Shown one piece after another: positions 62,194 to 64,000 of a DNA stretch of 64,000 nt. The stretch's first letter is position 1, and every line of letters begins with the position of its first letter. The stretch spans positions 11,313,676-11,377,675 of the forward strand of contig JAHRHZ010000004.1 in the NCBI GenBank assembly GCA_024137785.1. Reading direction: 5' to 3'. This stretch comes from Ginglymostoma cirratum (lineage: Eukaryota). The position numbers were made by a program, and so were the translations under genes. The notes below the pieces were generated by a model. That model had not been told where the DNA came from, did no database searches, and saw only the letters and a program-made list of their open reading frames with translations.

Positions 62194-62520
62194 TTTTTAA
62201 AATTCATTCATGGGATGAGGGCATCACTAGCTAGGCCAGCATTTATTGCCCATCCCTAATTGCACAGAGGGCAGTTAAGAGAAAACCACATTGGCGTGGG
62301 TCTGGAGACACATGTAGGACGGACCAGGTAAGGACGGCAGTTTCCTTCCCTAAAGGAAATGAGTGAGCCACATGGGTTTTTCCCGGCAACTGACGACAGA
62401 TTCATGGTCAAGCTTACACTTTTAATTCCAGATTTCTAAAAAATGAAATCAAATTCCATCATCTGCAATGGGGGGCAGATTAACTGTCCAGTGATAATAC
62501 CACTGAACCATCACCTACCC
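62194..62520 (-). mobile_element. Shark SINE (7090 family, near full length)
   Basis: attcattcatgggatgagggcatcactagctaggccagcatttattgcccatccctaatt...gtgataataccactgaaccatcacct (tRNA-like head at the right end). Confidence 0.85.
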
Positions 62521-64000
62521 TGAAAATTCAAGCCCTTACGTAGCGGGTTGGGGGGGTGTGGGTGAAATTTGAAACGTTTTATCTGGTTTTATTCATTTCA
62601 AATGCAATTTAATCCCTCATTATAAGAAGTCTGTTGTGTATAGATGGCTATTAAAAATGAAAAATAAGCAGCAGGTCGCTTGGAAGCTTTGTGAAAAAAG
62701 AGAAAGGGTTAAAATTTCAGCTCCAGGTTTGTTTTCCCATGCAACAATTCCTTTAACGGAAATTAACTTTATTTAGTTCTCACTTTCCACATCGAAATCA
62801 AACTTCTAATGAAAGAAAAATCCAAGATCTCCCAACAGAAAGCAGTTCCTGTGAAGATGAAAGCTGAAGAAATAAGACCACAGAACAATGAAGATAGAAA
62901 TGCAACTCTTACCACTTAGGAAAACATGGGATAGATACAGGATGATTCATGTGGCTCTAGTATCCATATCCATAACGATTCTATCTTCTACCAGTTAAGC
63001 ATAAGATTTGTTTTATGCACATTCAACCAAATTCTCATCAAATCTTCCAATAATGTTTGGATAGAATGGTGAGAATTGGGAAACACAAAAAGTGACTAAG
63101 TTGATCTGGTGCCAGCCTATAAGCGGATCTAATGTAGTTGCTTAGCAATGATCTCAGGCCCCTTTCAACTAGTGATTTATTTGTACTGTGTTTATGCATT
63201 ATTTTTGAAAGAACAAATAAGAATAATAGAACATTCAATTTCCGTCTTAAATATTGCCTGAAATGTTTCTGTCAGCCTTATTCTGTAAATATTGATTGCC
63301 AGCTTCCTTTAGCTTGGCAGTTGAGTGTGGTTAATGTGTGAGGAACTCTGTTGACAGAAGTGGTTTAAGTGGAATAACCTGGCAGCTCTGTCTTGGTTCA
63401 TGGGTACAGTTGTTGCCTTGTCTCTGAACCAGTCCTGGCAAACTGGATTATAATTGGAACACCATATATTGGTACCCAGTTTGGCAGGTAAGTATACAGG
63501 CAGAATGTTTAATCCTGGGTTTGTGCTGAATTAGCTGGTTTTAACCAAGCCAGCTACAAATTTGCCATTATTGATCTCCACATCACTGAATAAGCAAGTA
63601 AGCTCCTGTCTGACCTTCCAGAAAGTGGGGGTGAGTCAATGTCCTGTAGACCAAGTTTACGGTGTGATGTTCCCTTTGGCAAAATGATCTGCTGAGACTC
63701 ACCTTCAAGGCTCACAATACAAAGGATTCTCACTCAGATCAGATATGCCAGGGAATCTACTACCTTTAGAAACAAAAGGCAAACATTGAAATCTGCTTCG
63801 ATTCTGTGCATCTACTTTCCGACTGCCCATAACACTACACTAAATGCACCGTAGCACCTTGTATCAGACCAGTTAACCGCAGGTAAGGAAGCAGAACTCT
63901 GACAGCATGAAAATGCCCCTCTCCCTTTCTCTCTAGCATGTTCTCACATTAAACTCTCCTACCTCATGAATTCTTTATAAAGTTAATCAGTAAAGATGAA

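Larger units (their letters stand above)
31054..64000 (+). other. PRDM16: PRDM16 intron 1 (partial; exon 2 not found in window)
   Basis: GTAGGT donor at 31054. No downstream acceptor plus SDGD-like exon was found; intron 1 is known to be very long in vertebrates. Confidence 0.8.

Overview
Vertebrate nuclear DNA, inferred to be a cartilaginous fish (shark) from its repeat families: an HE1-type SINE, HER1/CR1 LINEs, a Deu-domain SINE and Penelope/Neptune derivatives. Family and gene assignments are from recalled sequence knowledge, not database searches. The only host coding sequence found is coding exon 1 of PRDM16 (31017-31053, +, MRSKARARKLAK + phase-1 GT donor), which the ORF track misses. 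It is preceded by a 5'UTR with a short uORF and a CpG-rich promoter, and the rest of the window to the right is intron 1. The exon lies in a ~13 kb nearly transposon-free, CpG-retaining zone (~26.6-40 kb) with several CNE-like blocks; a second CpG-retaining zone spans ~10-24 kb. The flanks hold decayed retroelements: a Penelope-like element (RT + GIY-YIG), a Gmr1-type Gypsy (integrase before RT), a second Gypsy integrase remnant, CR1/L2 LINEs and SINEs. The most striking signal is about a dozen short non-coding Penelope-derived insertions. They are often self-complementary, carry a minimal hammerhead-ribozyme motif (CUGANGA-A-stem-GAAA-CGUH) whose stem II covaries between subfamilies, have a ~35-nt one-sided tail, and are flanked by 14-17 bp target-site duplications. 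Two N gaps (15290-15389, 55708-56107) fall inside such elements. Nearly all ORF-track entries are chance ORFs or TE remnants.
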